Below, piece after piece: positions 26,710 through 39,673 of a stretch of DNA of 63,359 bases (positions are counted from its first letter, which is position 1; each line of letters opens with the position of its first letter). A program made the position numbers and the translations under genes. The stretch is from contig JBFLGF010000070.1 of NCBI GenBank assembly GCA_050230475.1, positions 1 through 63,359 on the forward strand, in the 5' to 3' direction. Under the pieces are notes generated by a model, which worked only from the letters and a program-made list of their open reading frames with translations, was not told the origin of the DNA and searched no databases. Origin of the DNA: Ancylonema sp. Its lineage: Eukaryota.

Positions 26710-28545
26710 TCACTTCCCGAGACTAAACGACAATTTCGGGCGGGCATTCTTTTTCCCCAATACCTTTATTTGCTCCACTTTCACTTGCTCCTCCTCTAAC
26801 CTCTTCTTTCTCATAGCTTCCTCTTTTAGTTTTTGTTGTGCCTCCAACTCACGAAATCTCTGCTCTTCGTCCCTGGCCCGTGCTTCCGCCTCCTTCCTTT
26901 GAGCTTCCTCAACTTTCCTCTGATTCTCCTCGAGCATTGCGTTCAGCTCCTCCTGCTTCCTCCGTTCCTCCTCCTGTCCGCCACAAGGAAGAGCTGATAT
27001 CCTGATGAATAGTTCCGCAGGCCGGAAAGGGGTCCGCACACGTACTAGGCAAGATAGGTGAAAAAAAAACAAGTGCAAGGAGAGAAAAAACCGAGCACCT
27101 ATGTCCTCACCAAAAACCTTCAGCCTTTAGAAATGCAGAGCAACCAGCACAATCCCCACTCTGAGGTAAAGTGTAAGCCCACCTCTGCCCGTCTGGCTTC
27201 TGTCAGCAGAACCTGCTTCTCAGATTCAAGTTGAGCCTTCACTTCCTCCGCTATTCTTTGACGCCCCTCCGCAATTTTCGCAGCAATAGCCGCCTTCACT
27301 GATGGCGAACTTAGTTCTTCCTCAACCCTAACCCGAATGGCTTCTTCAATCCTCCGAGCTGTCTCTTCTTCGATGAGTGCGTTTTCAGCCTCCTTCTGTC
27401 GCCTGCAGAGATCACATTGAGTAGTAGAATGATAGCCGTCCGTCAAGGTAAACCACTCGAACTGATAGGCTCATGTTCTTTTGCCCAATCCACCTTGTTT
27501 TTAAAGCAGAGGACTTATTTGCTTACCGTTTTTTCTCCCTGTCCTCGTCATCTCGAGCTGTCCTGCGTTCAGGTGGTGGACTCTCCGAGCTCCTCGGAGA
27601 TACTTTTCCCCTGCTGCGGGGCGGGGTCCTTGTATCTCGCCTCTTGCCACTACGGTATGGCGAAGGTGATCGCCTGGCACACGACTGACAGTACATAATT
27701 ATTATACGGTCTGACGCAAGCAGAGACCTGAAAGTCACTTAACTTTTGCTGATTCTTGCCATCGCAATCACAACGGATATTTGCACAGGAATGGACAGGA
27801 AATCTTGTTATCCCAGCAACTCCACGATCTCCTAGCAACTTACAAGCATAGAGTGACGTACGACAGCTACTGCATTTGAGTACGGCACGTCATGGTAGAG
27901 CCCCGGTCCTGGTCCCCCCCAAAAACCCTCCGCTATCACCGTGTGTCCAATGTTCTTCTACTGTGTGGCAGTATTTATCGTCAGAGCTGCTCCTAGCCTC
28001 TCCCATGAAAAGTCTTCCTATAATCATACCTGTTCACCTTCAAGTTGAATTGGATACAGTACCGGATATTGATGACAGCCACTAACTGTAGGATATGGTG
28101 AGAAGATGTAGAAGATCTTAACTGACGGGGACAGGCGCACAGCATTAGCGAAAAGTGCCTTCCAATGGAATGAACAGGCAGACGGGAAGGCACCAGTTTG
28201 CCAGCCAGAACTTCCAAGTATGCAACAAAGAGCAGAATATATACTATGTGGTTGTTGTGCAGCTCCAATTAGCAAGGCCGTACAGGCGACCGCGTCTGCG
28301 ATATATACATCACAGATGCTGCATCCGTACGGCGAGGTAAATTGAAAAAACAAGGAAAATAAGCGTATACGCTGCATATACTGGCTTGAGGTGCGGAGTC
28401 AAACTAGGCTTCCCCACCTTGATCTCGAAGGGACAGGCGAATAATCTCTGTAAACGCGCTTGCTCCCCTTCCAATCTGGAGATCGTGATGGACTTCGGCG
28501 TCTACTGCGCCGTACAGGCGAACGAGAGCGGGACTCTCGGGGCAT
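26710..28545 (-). CDS. ARGLU1: Arginine/glutamate-rich protein 1-like splicing regulator, 4 exons (28545-28418, 27673-27527, 27402-27183, 26973-26710)
   Basis: RS-rich N-terminus MPRESRSRSPVRR. Conserved RRQKEAE..LIEEETARRIEEAIR, MLEENQRKVEEAQRKEA and VLGKKNARPKLSFSL. All junctions are GT-AG and phase-consistent. Confidence 0.92.
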
Positions 28546-28837
28546 GTTTTCTGGTTTTGCGGAAAGTACAAGAAAGGAACCTTCTACTTCGTTTCGCTAC
28601 AACAATCCTGACAAATTCACAACAACAGACTTTGTCGCAGCACTTCGCGAAAAAAAATCCGGTTGGATATGCCACACATGGATTAAGATTGTAGCATTTA
28701 CTGAGTAAGACGACAACGCCTCTGTATTTAACCTAACAATTGCCTCCACTCTATGATCTGACGGGTCACAGCTTTTGTGAAGTCTGGTCACGCCGAATTT
28801 GAAGGAGAAAGTTTTTTCTTACAGGAAAACCTCAATA

Positions 28838-29010
28838 CAGTAAAACCTTTATTAATAAATACTATCGGGACCGAAAAATATTAGTAATTAAGACAGGTTA
28901 TTAATTAACACGTCAGATTCTGGGTGATAACCGGAAATCGGGCGGAATTTTTTATATTAGTTAGGACAGATTATTAATTATCACAGTATTAATTAGGACA
29001 GGTTTCACTG
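28838..29010. mobile_element. 173-bp Tc1/mariner (pogo-like) MITE, solo copy
   Basis: TA|CAGTAAAACC...GGTTTCACTG|TA. Homologous to the nested units at 5666-5839 and 6283-6454 (shared ACACGTCAGATT core). Confidence 0.88.
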
Positions 29011-29338
29011 TATAACTTCATATTTTGTTAGCGATATGTTTTTCCAACCAAAGTCTCATGTATAACGAACGAGTTTCTTCAACCAACGCTAGTTTACGCT
29101 CGTTTAGTTCGCCGCCGTCCGCTTGAATGGACGGATGTTACGCCTCCAGAGATTCTGGCGAAATCAGATTGGCAGGATCGTAGTCTTAGCGAGTAATTGC
29201 AAGCGATTGGTCACCGGGAAGGTAGCCACTCCCCTGCTCTTCTTTTGGTTCTTCGGCCACTCAGCACTGACCTGCAGACTCTGTAGCCAACCTGTAGCCC
29301 GAACTGCTTCGACCAGTCTCCTGCCAGCAATCGTGAAT

Positions 29339-30782
29339 ATGACGAGTACCCACTGTCGAGAAGGTACCCACTGTCTCCGAACTCCCGGTACAAATGGAGT
29401 CTCGTCTTTTTATTCACCTACATCTTCGTGATGCATAGGACCAAGAGCTTGTCCCTTTCATAATCATAATAAAATGCGGACGACTGTTTAGAACCATAAC
29501 TCACAGTCATGTCGGGGCTGGAATATTTGGGTAGGGCTAGACGCTTCAGATTATCCCGGCGATTCCTCTGGGATGGAAGCGCATCAACATGCCACAGCGC
29601 AGCTGCACGCGATGCCCTCGCATGCAGACTACATGACCCTGCCTCGTACTCAACTCGAGCTTGGATCATCAATGGTACGCCACAAAAATGGCACGCCTCA
29701 AAAATGGCACGTAGGTTTCTTGAAGGTGTAATATAACCGCACCACAGCATACCACCCTCTTGACCATATGTTAATCATGGAGGTTTCACTTTTCCTCGGG
29801 TTTAACTATGTATCCCCATTCTTTCTGACGTAGAGGCTTTCCGAAAGTTTGAATTTTCGCTTGGGCTTTGGTGCAGCATGTGCAGCGTGCGCCTTATCCG
29901 TACACCGACCCTTTCTACGGAAACCTAATGGCGTATGGGACTCAGGCACTTGTGAGTCATTCGTTGTCCTGAAACTTTTGAAGCCACTGTATATGACGCT
30001 GAGACAGCAGTGAATGGTACCCACGCGTGACCCTGCCAACAACTTGAAGCTTCAACATCCATGTAAGGTCTCGTTGGGACTTGCAGATGGCTCCCATGTT
30101 GACACAAGCCCGGATGCCTCTTCCCTCTGAAATGGATGGAATGGCGGAGGAGCCCGTGTACGTGAATGCAAAGCAGTATCACGGAATATTACGGCGCCGA
30201 CAGTCCCGTGCCAAAGCCGAAGCGGAGAATCGGCTCGTTAAGAACAGGAAGGTTTGTACACTTTCAAGAGTGGAGGTCGACTTTTAAAATACCGATCACT
30301 CAAGATGCTGCAAGGAGGATATCATTGTTGTCTGGTATGCTAGTCAGCTCATATATTTTATATATTCATTTGTACCCCCCTTCTTTGCTGGACTTTAATA
30401 GAAAGTGGAGTTTTTGCTTGCCGCCTGACTTAAGCCCTCTTTTGTTTTGGGGCAGCCTTATCTGCATGAATCAAGACATAAACACGCTCTAAGGCGGGCA
30501 CGGGGCTGCGGAGGGCGATTTCTGAATTCCAAACCCAAAGATGAATTGGATTCCAAGGAGAATGACAATGGGCAATCTGATGGTACGTGGACCCATTTAC
30601 CCAATGCGCATTCAGTCCGGCTCACAGGAAATAGCATTTTGCGGTCATTATGCTTCTGCGACTTGCGAACACATTGGATTGCAAGTCCCTGAGAGTACAC
30701 ACTCCATTCTCTGCTCGTGTCATCACCTCACCTTTGTTGTTTGTGGGTGGGTGTCTGAAACCATGGATGTCGATCAGGCTAA
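29339..30782 (+). CDS. NF-YA: Nuclear factor Y subunit A (CCAAT-binding, HAP2). Exons ~29339-29363, 29550-29674, 29877/29886-29951, 30087-30251, 30456-30582, plus a short last exon near 30778
   Basis: [25 protein letters not shown]...[24 protein letters not shown], plus plant-type QLELG and YPYTDPFYG motifs. The last exon and stop are uncertain. Confidence 0.93.
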
Positions 30783-32499
30783 GCGGGTACCAGCTCCTGC
30801 GGGCATGGTGTAGGCCTCGCTGGAGACCTCCTTCTCCCTGTGCATACTTCCCCTTTTGTGGAAGACGAGAAGGACAAGGACGAAAGTTTTTTTGTAAATC
30901 AGTTGCAAGTCTAGAAGGAGTTCTAAGTAATAGGCATGTACTTACTGCTGATGCTTTAGTTTAGCCTTGAGAGTCATATGATGCTGAAATAGCTACTAGA
31001 GGTAAAACAACATATGTCAGGTATAGTAAGGAAGTTGTGGATTGCTTAGAATGAGGGGCACGTATTGTTGTCCACTAGTAGCTGTTTTGCGCTAAGTACA
31101 AGGTAAAAGGAGGCAGTTGAAAGGCTGAAATAAGCACAAGCTTGACTACTAGCAGATTATTTAGCATACTCCTAGATCCTAGATCAACCTTCTGAGGCCT
31201 TCTGACCAGGTGCACATTCATCAGCTTGTACAGGCCCAGCCTAGCCCAATTTTGGTGTTGTTTAGTTTCACTGCCTTTTTGTAGACGTGGCACATAAACG
31301 AATACATAAAATTTGCGAGGATGAACGGCTCTCATGGTACAGACGCACTCATGAATCCTTTGTAGGAGATGGAAACATGAGCTTGAATGAGGTCCTGCAA
31401 GGATCAAAATGTGGAGTGTATTGCATCATGTGGGGTGTATTGCACCAACTGCTAGTAAGTTTGACAATGGGTAACTAAATTATCATTCGTCTTTCTCGCT
31501 CCTCATGTCGCAAACTACCTTTTTGCGTCGTTGGGACTGTGGGGTTATACATTCAGGATCACACCTGACAAGGGAACCTAAATTTCTTTGGTTTGCTAAT
31601 ATATGCAGATGCTGGGCAAATGGATGGTCCGTCAATATCTTAGTTACATTGACAGGCACATTTCGCTTTCTGGTCCGCGGTCCGTCCCAATCCGGAATCA
31701 GGATCCGGGCTAACCATGATCCTTTTGGGCTTCTCGCTACCGTCAGTTCTTGCAAGGAATGGACGCTTTGGGCTTCGTTCGGATTTGATGGGGTACTTCT
31801 GAAATGTTTATTGCTTGGTCATTTTTTGTGCAATTCTCGGTGTAAAATAAATGATTACCGAATGTTTCCTTCCATAAAAACCTTTCAAGTTTTTAAAATG
31901 AAATCTGAAATTTCTCAAGCATCACCGGTCCTGAATTTGGGTCTAGAAGGGCAGACCTTGGTCCAGAATCGGGATCATCCTAACGCGGACCTTGGTCCAC
32001 GAAAAAAAGGTCAACATCACAAGTACTACCAAGATGATTCTCCGAGCTTAGATTCTCTCGTGCTACCACACGTGCCCCGATTGATTGGACGGGTCCTGAA
32101 CCCGTCTGCTTCATTCCCGGACAGACTAGAGCCATAGAGGAAACACAAATAAACACATGCTGGTATTAGTAAGCATACAGGTCGTTTTCGGGGTATTTCT
32201 TCTTTGGCGGGGAGGTAAGATTCCGGACCAGTCTGGGACCCGTGTCCTTATCCCAGGTTATCCTGTGGAAAATCATGAAATACATGGAGATACATGCTCA
32301 TGCCTGAGAGTTGTATGATAGTTCCAACGGGCTAAAAACAAAAACTGCAGCAGCTCATACCACACACCCAAACTTAAATCACCAACATGGCGTGCGTAGA
32401 TGTAACATCATTATAACTTTACAACACTGCGTAGACTCTGCTGACATTCCCTTGCCAGCTGTAGAGACAAACTTGCACCCCCTCTTGCACCCCTACGTC

Positions 32500-35267
32500 T
32501 CACGTCCTCCGCGCCTCTTTCAGCGCCTGCGCATGTTCCAAAATAGCCATAGCTGCACTGCCCAGAGGTTTATCGCCTGCACTTTGGCGTCCATTTGTTC
32601 CCCTTCCTTCCCCACTCCTGGCTTCCCCTTCCACTCCCTCTGCATCTGAGGTCGGCATTGCAGCAGAGCCCCCTGCTCCCTCAGCGTCTGGGCGCATATC
32701 GTCCACAAGCCTCTCCATTTCTTGCAACTGGTCGAAGGGTGCCACCTGGCAGACTCACCGCCCAACGCCTAGTGAGAAAAGATTCCCACAAATATATTGA
32801 CTTCTTCCCCATCCTGCCTTCCCCAGCTGAACACGGGTCCGCTACCAGCATCCACGTTGCCCTACCTGATTGAACCCATCTGGCCACGTGATTTCCACAG
32901 CGTAGTTCCCCATTGGCCGAATGCTTTCCGGCTCAATCCCCTCTGCCACATCTGTATACCGCAACCGCTGCTCCCCACTCCACTCATCCTGCAGACCACA
33001 CACCACCTCCACCCTCTCAGCCTCTACCCACCATCAAGACCAATTCCAACACCAAAAAAAAAAGGTAACAGCTTGGACTCACAATGCTTTGCGCCGATCG
33101 GTCGTTTCTTCGCACAGTTGCCGGGTGCAGTAAAAACTCCTCTTCACTGCCGGGCACCTTTACCCGAATGGCTTTTGCTTGTGGATCATATTGTACGGCT
33201 GTGGTGGCCTCGTTCCTGAGCTTGGCGCACTGCTGCACCACGCAGGCCCCGAGCTGGGAGAAGATCCGCGCAACCTCTCCTACGGGGTTGGCCACAACCT
33301 CTGGCTGACCACAGTCCCCAGCTGCCGACAGCTGCCCCCCCAATCACATGGGACACGAAATTGATCCTTGGGGATTGTAGATAGGGGGTTAGTGATCTAC
33401 ACCCCATTCTGATTGGACATACCCATTTTTGCGTACTGGGCCGTTGATCTCCTCCTTACCTCTGGTCTGATTGGCAGCTCGAAGAGGTTGGGTATCCCAA
33501 ACTGCTTCACCACTTCATTCCCGGACCCTTGACCAAACGGGCGGTAGCGCACACCGTCGTCGCCGTCAAAGAAGGCCATGTTCTCCACAACGGCGATGCA
33601 AGGAACCTAAACAGAACCGATACTCGACAACACCAATCACCTCCAAGAAAGTACTCATTCCAAATCTGCCCCGCTTTTGCCCCCCCCCCATCCCCGCGTT
33701 GTGGTTCCCTTTGCTTACCTTGAGTTTGGATAACATACTGACCCCCTTGGCCACGTCAATGAAGGCCAGTTTCTGTGGAGTGGTGACGATAACCGCCGCG
33801 GTGAGAGGGACCAGCTGGCACAAGGTGAGCTGAATGTCCCCCGTACCCGGGGGGAAGTCGAGCACAAGGTAATCCAACTCGCCCCTGCACAGAGAATACA
33901 CCACTCAGCGTCCACTCGCCCTCCCCCGCCCCTCCCCACCCCCCCCCCCCCCCCTCACCACTCTGTGGTAGTGAGCAGTTGGTTGACCACCCCGGATGCC
34001 ATGGGTCCTCTCATGATGGCGCTGCCCTGGCCGGCGAACCCAAACGAAACCAGCTTCACACCGAGGTAGTCGGGGGGGTAGATTTCCTTGGTGTCAGGGT
34101 CCATCTGAAGGACGCGGAGCTCGGGGGAGACCATGGTGGGAAGGGAGGGGCCGTAGATGTCAGCGTCAAAGATTCCCACTCGCGCACCCATCCCCAGGAG
34201 AGAGTAGGCGAGATTCACAGCCACGGTGGACTTGCCCACACCACCCTGGGATCAGAAAGAAGAGGGTCAGAGGTTGGGGAGGAGAGTGGGGGGTGGGGGG
34301 GGGGGGGTAGGGGTGTGGGGTGCACCTTACAGCTGGAGACTGCGATGATGTTTGAGACCCGGGACAAGCCACGGGGCAGGTTGGTGGGAACCAGCGGCTT
34401 GGGGGGCTGAGCTGTCATGGTCAGCTGCACCTCTTTGACCCAAGGCAGAGAGCCCACGTAGTCTCGGGCCTGACGCTCAAACTGCGACAACAAAGGGATG
34501 AGTCATGACTCACAGTCCCATTTCGTTGCGTGGCCACGCCTTAGAAATCAAGGCAGTATACATCATCTTTGACGGGACATGCGGGGGTTGTGAGCTCCAT
34601 TTTGAAGGCGACGATACCGCCCTCTCGTTGTACGACCAAGTCTTTGATGAAGCCGCATGACACGATGTCGGCGCCCAGGTCTGGGTCCAGGATGCGAGAC
34701 AGCTGCTCCAAAACCTCGCTCTCAAGCTCAGACACTGCGGCACCCGAGTAGACAGCAGATCTTCAGGCTCAGATTGTTCCGACCTCTTAATCCCAGGATG
34801 AGTGCGACTGGATATCTGGTTCCGAACAGGGGCAGTATAAACGATCATACCTCCGCAAAGTCAAATGTTCCACATGTCAGAGCGTGAAACATTCGTTCCA
34901 TTACACCAAAATTTTCAAAAAGACAAACTTCGCCAGCGCCCCTTTCTATACGGCATTGATAACATTATCCTCCTGTGTTGATAGGTCCCAATTGCTTACT
35001 TTCATTTGATATGGACGTTGTTGCCTGGGCTGCAACGCATTTAGTCACTACTGCGCGACCATAATTATTTTGTCTCCATACTGGAGGTAGAGGTGGTGTT
35101 GCAGATGGAGCTGGAGAGAGAGAGGAAGGACATGAGTTGGCGGCATCCCGGCAGCCGTGTATTCTGAAGGGAAGAGTCCTAGCATTGTGCAGGACTGTCG
35201 GTTTGATGGCAGGCCGAAGCGTTTCGGGACTGGGCATCAAAATGCTAGCATGGAAGACGGTAGCCAT
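32500..35267 (-). CDS. HCF101: Plastid Fe-S cluster assembly factor HCF101 (DUF59 + Mrp/NBP35 P-loop ATPase + DUF971-like C-terminus), multi-exon
   Basis: Transit-peptide-like N-terminus, ILDPDLGADIVSCGFIKDL...LTTPACPVKD, AVSSCK|GGVGKSTVAVNLAY, DADIYGPSLP, DFPPGTGDIQLTLCQ, VTTPQKLAFIDVAKG, PMGNYAVEITWPDGFNQ. Confidence 0.96.
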
Positions 35268-35520
35268 GGTGCTAATCAACACGGGCCTTTGGCTTTCCTC
35301 TCTTCAAGGGGTTGACGATTTCGTCGTGGGACGTGAAGGGAGAAAAGGAAGCCGAAGAGAAGGAAGTGAGCCGTGAGACTGAAGGTGGCTTCCGCAGAAC
35401 TTGTGGCAAGGCCGGAGCTCTCCCGAGTTTTCGGTCGCCTGGGTAGTTTTCGATATGACGTAAGCCTCGATATACCGACACGTATTTATTTAATAATGAA
35501 GTATGAGAAGCTGTCGTGGC

Positions 35521-36994
35521 TAGCGATGCCTAACTATTAGTTATTAATATTTTTAAGTTAGGTTTAATAATAGGCCAGAAAAACGTGCCCCTAAAAATTA
35601 AATAATTATATTTAGGCCTAAGAATACAATTTATTATTTTTAGGCCCTAATAATACATTCACAGGGCCTAAGTATTAATTATTAGGCCCAGGAAAAAAGA
35701 GTAAGGAAAACAAAATTCTCTCAGTCCGGAATCACGCATACCAAATTGCGAAACCGGCTACATCACGAGAGGGTCGCGAAAATGGTTCAAGTGAAGTCAG
35801 GCCGTCGGGGTCTTCTTCCTCCTCCGCTTCCATACAAGGAGAAGGAAGTATTGAGACCTTTGAGAGAGTCCTCCGTTCACCCTCCAGTCAATCGTGAACG
35901 ACCCGAGGACAGCGGCGTGACAAGGCCTGAGTTAGTTACAGACCAAGCAAAGTTTAATGTAGTGTTGGATAGATGGTTCGGCGAGCTCGCTTAAGAAAAC
36001 AACGTGCACACGGAGATTGAAGGTCCACGTGGGCTAGTCATGAAATGGCGGTTGGCGACTAAATTTGGTTCCGATCTACCCGTTGTTGATAAGGCGACCA
36101 TCAACGTTATCTAGACCGATGAATTGTAATGGGAAGTTACTCTAAATTTTAAATTCTAAATTCTAAATTCTAAATTTTATATTTTAGACATAGGATTTCT
36201 CAATGATAGGTATTTATGGTGACGTGATTTGTGGTAGACTTGACGCATGATAGGGAGGAATGGTTGTCGACATGAGAAGGAGGATTCCATTATCTTTCTA
36301 TTTATATTGGGAACTTGCATATAGAAATTAGAAGCAATTAATTTGATTCACCAATGTGGTTGGGGTTTCAATAATTTATTGTATGTTTATCGTAATGGAA
36401 AACGATCTTTATTTAAGCCTTATGTTGAGAGGTGTCTCGCCTTCGCAATAAAGGTTAATAGTTTATGGATACAGGGGAAGCCCAATTGAACAACGATAAA
36501 CATACGAGTCATAATTGCGAAGTAACGATAGTCGTTATTCTCGTCATAGCATTTCCCTATCCATGGTCACCTCGAGTTACTTTAAAATACCCAAAAAGAT
36601 TTGATGGTAACCTCACTATCACATTTTCAATGGCAATGAAGTATGGGCTTTTGTTATATTCAATGACTAGTCTACAACAATTGAACACTCATTCCATGTC
36701 AATGTGAACTACCTTAGTGTCTTGTACCCATGCCAAAAGTAAAACAAATAAATGTTGTGGGATGTTGTATGTGAGCAATCCGTTCGTCAATACGTCGATT
36801 AATGTTATGAACAAATAGCATGATAAATCTTCATTATTTCTATTTTTTAACTCGACCATTGTGATGAGGGTTAATTTTTAACCCAAAAACGATGTATCTC
36901 ATGAATAATTAACATTGTTAAGGTTTACCCTTAATTATATTTTTAACCTTATCAATCATCGCCTGCATTTTTAGGCCCTAAAAATGCAACCGTA
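35521..36994. mobile_element. Non-autonomous hAT-like element
   Basis: Degenerate TIRs TAGCGATGC / GCAACCGTA. 8-bp TSD GTCGTGGC (35513-35520) versus GTCGTGGG (36995-37002). TAGGCC subterminal motifs at both ends, AT-rich interior. Confidence 0.65.
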
Positions 36995-37177
36995 GTCGTG
37001 GGTGTTTTCTCGGAAGAGCGGAACGACTCAGTTGCCATTTTCTGGCCTGTGTTTATTTAAGCACTTGGAAAACACAGGCCTGTCCATATGAAGTGCGCAG
37101 GTACGAGTGTGTTCGTGGGATAAATACAGCGAATTGCGTTGGTGAATACCACAGGTGCTTGTTTGAAGTATTTGACA

Positions 37178-39673
37178 ATGGCAGCTGCCGCAACACCGCC
37201 CGCCACCTGTTTATTTTTACCCAGAAGTAAGTTCTCATTCACCTTGTTTACAATCAACTGTAGTAAGGAATGAATGAACGTGGGCGTTCGTAATTAGTGT
37301 CAGAAGCTATATCCTGGCCAGCAACGGTGACAAGAACTGCTTTCAGGAGGCCACTGGCATTGTTATGAAGCACCTTTGTGTGCTCGTGAAAGTTGGACAT
37401 ATGCACATGCACATGCATATGCACATGACCTCGGCTGTAGGTTCCTGCAGACACCTTCGATGGCCCTCAATGGCGTACAATGGCCCAACGAGGTCGGTAC
37501 ATGTTTGCGAAAAAAACAACTTTGATCGGTATCCGACCTCCACGCAACAACGTCATGTGTCAAGCAAAGAAGGACGGGGAGAAGAAAGGTGGAATTTCCT
37601 TTGGTGATCAGCTCCTGGACTACATTGAAGGCGAGTAACAGGGAACGTCGAGCATGCGTAAGAATGACAGCAATTAGTCAATCATCGAAGTTGATAACGT
37701 CATATAGAGCTACGATTTGCGCGCTGCAGCCAGAGACTTCAGATATTCAAATGGGTTGTATGCACTACTTTCGGGTTCTCCTTTCAGGCTTCAGATTAAA
37801 ACAAACTTGTTTTTCTGCTCAGAGTCACTCTCTTTCCACGTTCAACGATAGCGTCTCTTTACATTCCATGTATTTTTTCCTTGTGTACCTCGAGTGTGTG
37901 CACGTGCATGAATCTGTAATGATGCATTGCAATCCTCCCTCCCATTGCCTTTGCAGGGGGTCCCAAGTTGCGGAAGTGGTACGGGGCCCCAGATCAGCTT
38001 CCGTTAAGAGGAGAGCAGTCCAGCCCCGAGGAGCAACAAGGTATGGGGAGTTGATGGTGGCCTACTTTCTGAGGGAGTGGGCTCATTCCTCCACCCACGA
38101 ACGTCTGTGGTATCGGAGTAGACAGCCTGGGATGCTCTGCTTGCAAGTTGCATCGCCCTGACTGGTCGTGCTCAATAACGTGAATCAATATTCGTTTGGC
38201 ATGATCCCCATTCCCACCACTGGCAGACGAGGATGAGGTCGGCGACGCCCTTCTGGTGACGGACGCTGACAGCGACACGGGTCAGCTTGTGGTTCTGTCC
38301 GCCATCCTGCAGCGACTCCGTGTGCGAGCGCTGGTGAAAGACACAAAGGCGGCCACAGCTGCGTTCGGGCCCTATGTGGAGGTCAGGCAGGCAGCAGAAC
38401 CTGAAATCCTCATAGATATACTCTGGACACCCGTCGTGATAACCAAAACTGGATCTGGATGCACATCTGAGGCCACCCACATTGCCCTGCAGCCCATTGC
38501 AGGGGACGTCAGCTCTGTGAGTGCCGTTGACAAGGCGCTCCGGGGAGTGAGGGCCATCATCTGTACCAACCAGGTGAACCGAATCTCATCCATTCCTCCT
38601 TCCTCCTCAAGGAATTGGGTCCTCATTAGTACGAGGCAGGGGGGGGGTGCCAGATTGGAGTGGTTGCGGAGCGTGCGCAGCTGAGGAAAGTGGAGCATTT
38701 AGTGCTTTTATCACAGGTCAGGGGGGCTGCTTTTGATGGCGCCAGACCTGACGCTCACCAACCAATCACCGTCAATCCAGGCAGGTCTTTTGAGTGGCGA
38801 GGGGTCCAATCCGTTTGAGGGTCTCCTGGGAGGGGGAGGGAGGAAGCAATGTCTGAGGACCGAAGCCGCGGTGGCCTCCTGCGGAGTTCCGTACACAATT
38901 GTGCGCGCCGGGAAGTTGAGAGACGAGCCCGGAGGAGGAGGAGTGTGCTTCTCACAAGTACTCTCCTATCCTACCGTCCATTTGTCCGAGACTAGGTCGG
39001 GGTAGATTGATGCAGTCACAACATGGTGTGGTTTAATATCAATATAACCTTTAATAATAAATGTGTATGGGACCGTGTCAAGGGGCATGTGATGTGGATG
39101 ACCCCAGCTTTGTTTGGTACAGGGGGACACGGCACGGGGGAGTATGAGCAGGGAAGATGCGGCAGAAGTTTGCGTGAGGGCATTGAAGGCACCACCACAG
39201 AAGGCCCTCGTCTTTGAGGTGCGAGTTGGATTGTGGCTACATGATAAGATAATTATGTTCCTACCGATGTTGGGAAGAACGAGTCCATAGCCGCATTCGC
39301 GTTCCGGCAAAGATTGCCTCTCAAGCGCATTGAGGAGAAATGCATATGGAATGTGTGTGATGAAAAAGACAACTAGTTGAATTTGTTTTCCGAAAGTTCA
39401 ATTGTATTGCATTTGGATTTCGATCGTAGAAGCGAAAGGTTTTGAACTCATTTGGTCAAAGTGCGTTCATCCGCAAGTCCCGTAACGGGGAAATGTGCAA
39501 CCTTAGTCCTTAATGCAGTGAGTAGACATCGAGAAGGTTGAGTTTGTAGGGCTCGGGCATCCGTTGAGTCTCATTGGTGGCTTGGTGGTTCACAGGTCGT
39601 GAGTGGGGAGGGATCAACAACAAATTGGGAGGAAGCTCTCGAGGGATTGCAAGAAACAATAGTGACGTTGTAG
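37178..39673 (+). CDS. NAD(P)-binding Rossmann-fold protein (atypical SDR, At1g72640-like), probably plastid-targeted, multi-exon
   Basis: LLVTDADSDTGQLVVL..RVRALVKDTKAATAAFGPYVE, GVPYTIVRAGKLRDEPGG, REDAAEVCVRAL, last exon VVSGEGSTTNWEEAL..*. The start exon is inferred. Confidence 0.8.

Noticed and set aside
28088..28097. U12-type ATATCCT donor-like motif on the minus strand in the ARGLU1 intron
   Set aside because: Lacks the full ATATCCTT consensus and has no matching U12 branch or AC acceptor. It is better explained as part of a U2 acceptor.
30783..31480. miR169 target site in the NF-YA 3' UTR
   Set aside because: No recognisable match to the land-plant site was seen by eye.
31505..32270. 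210-aa ORF and GGACC/GGTCC motif cluster
   Set aside because: No protein motifs. Probably a decayed MITE, but TIRs and TSD could not be defined.
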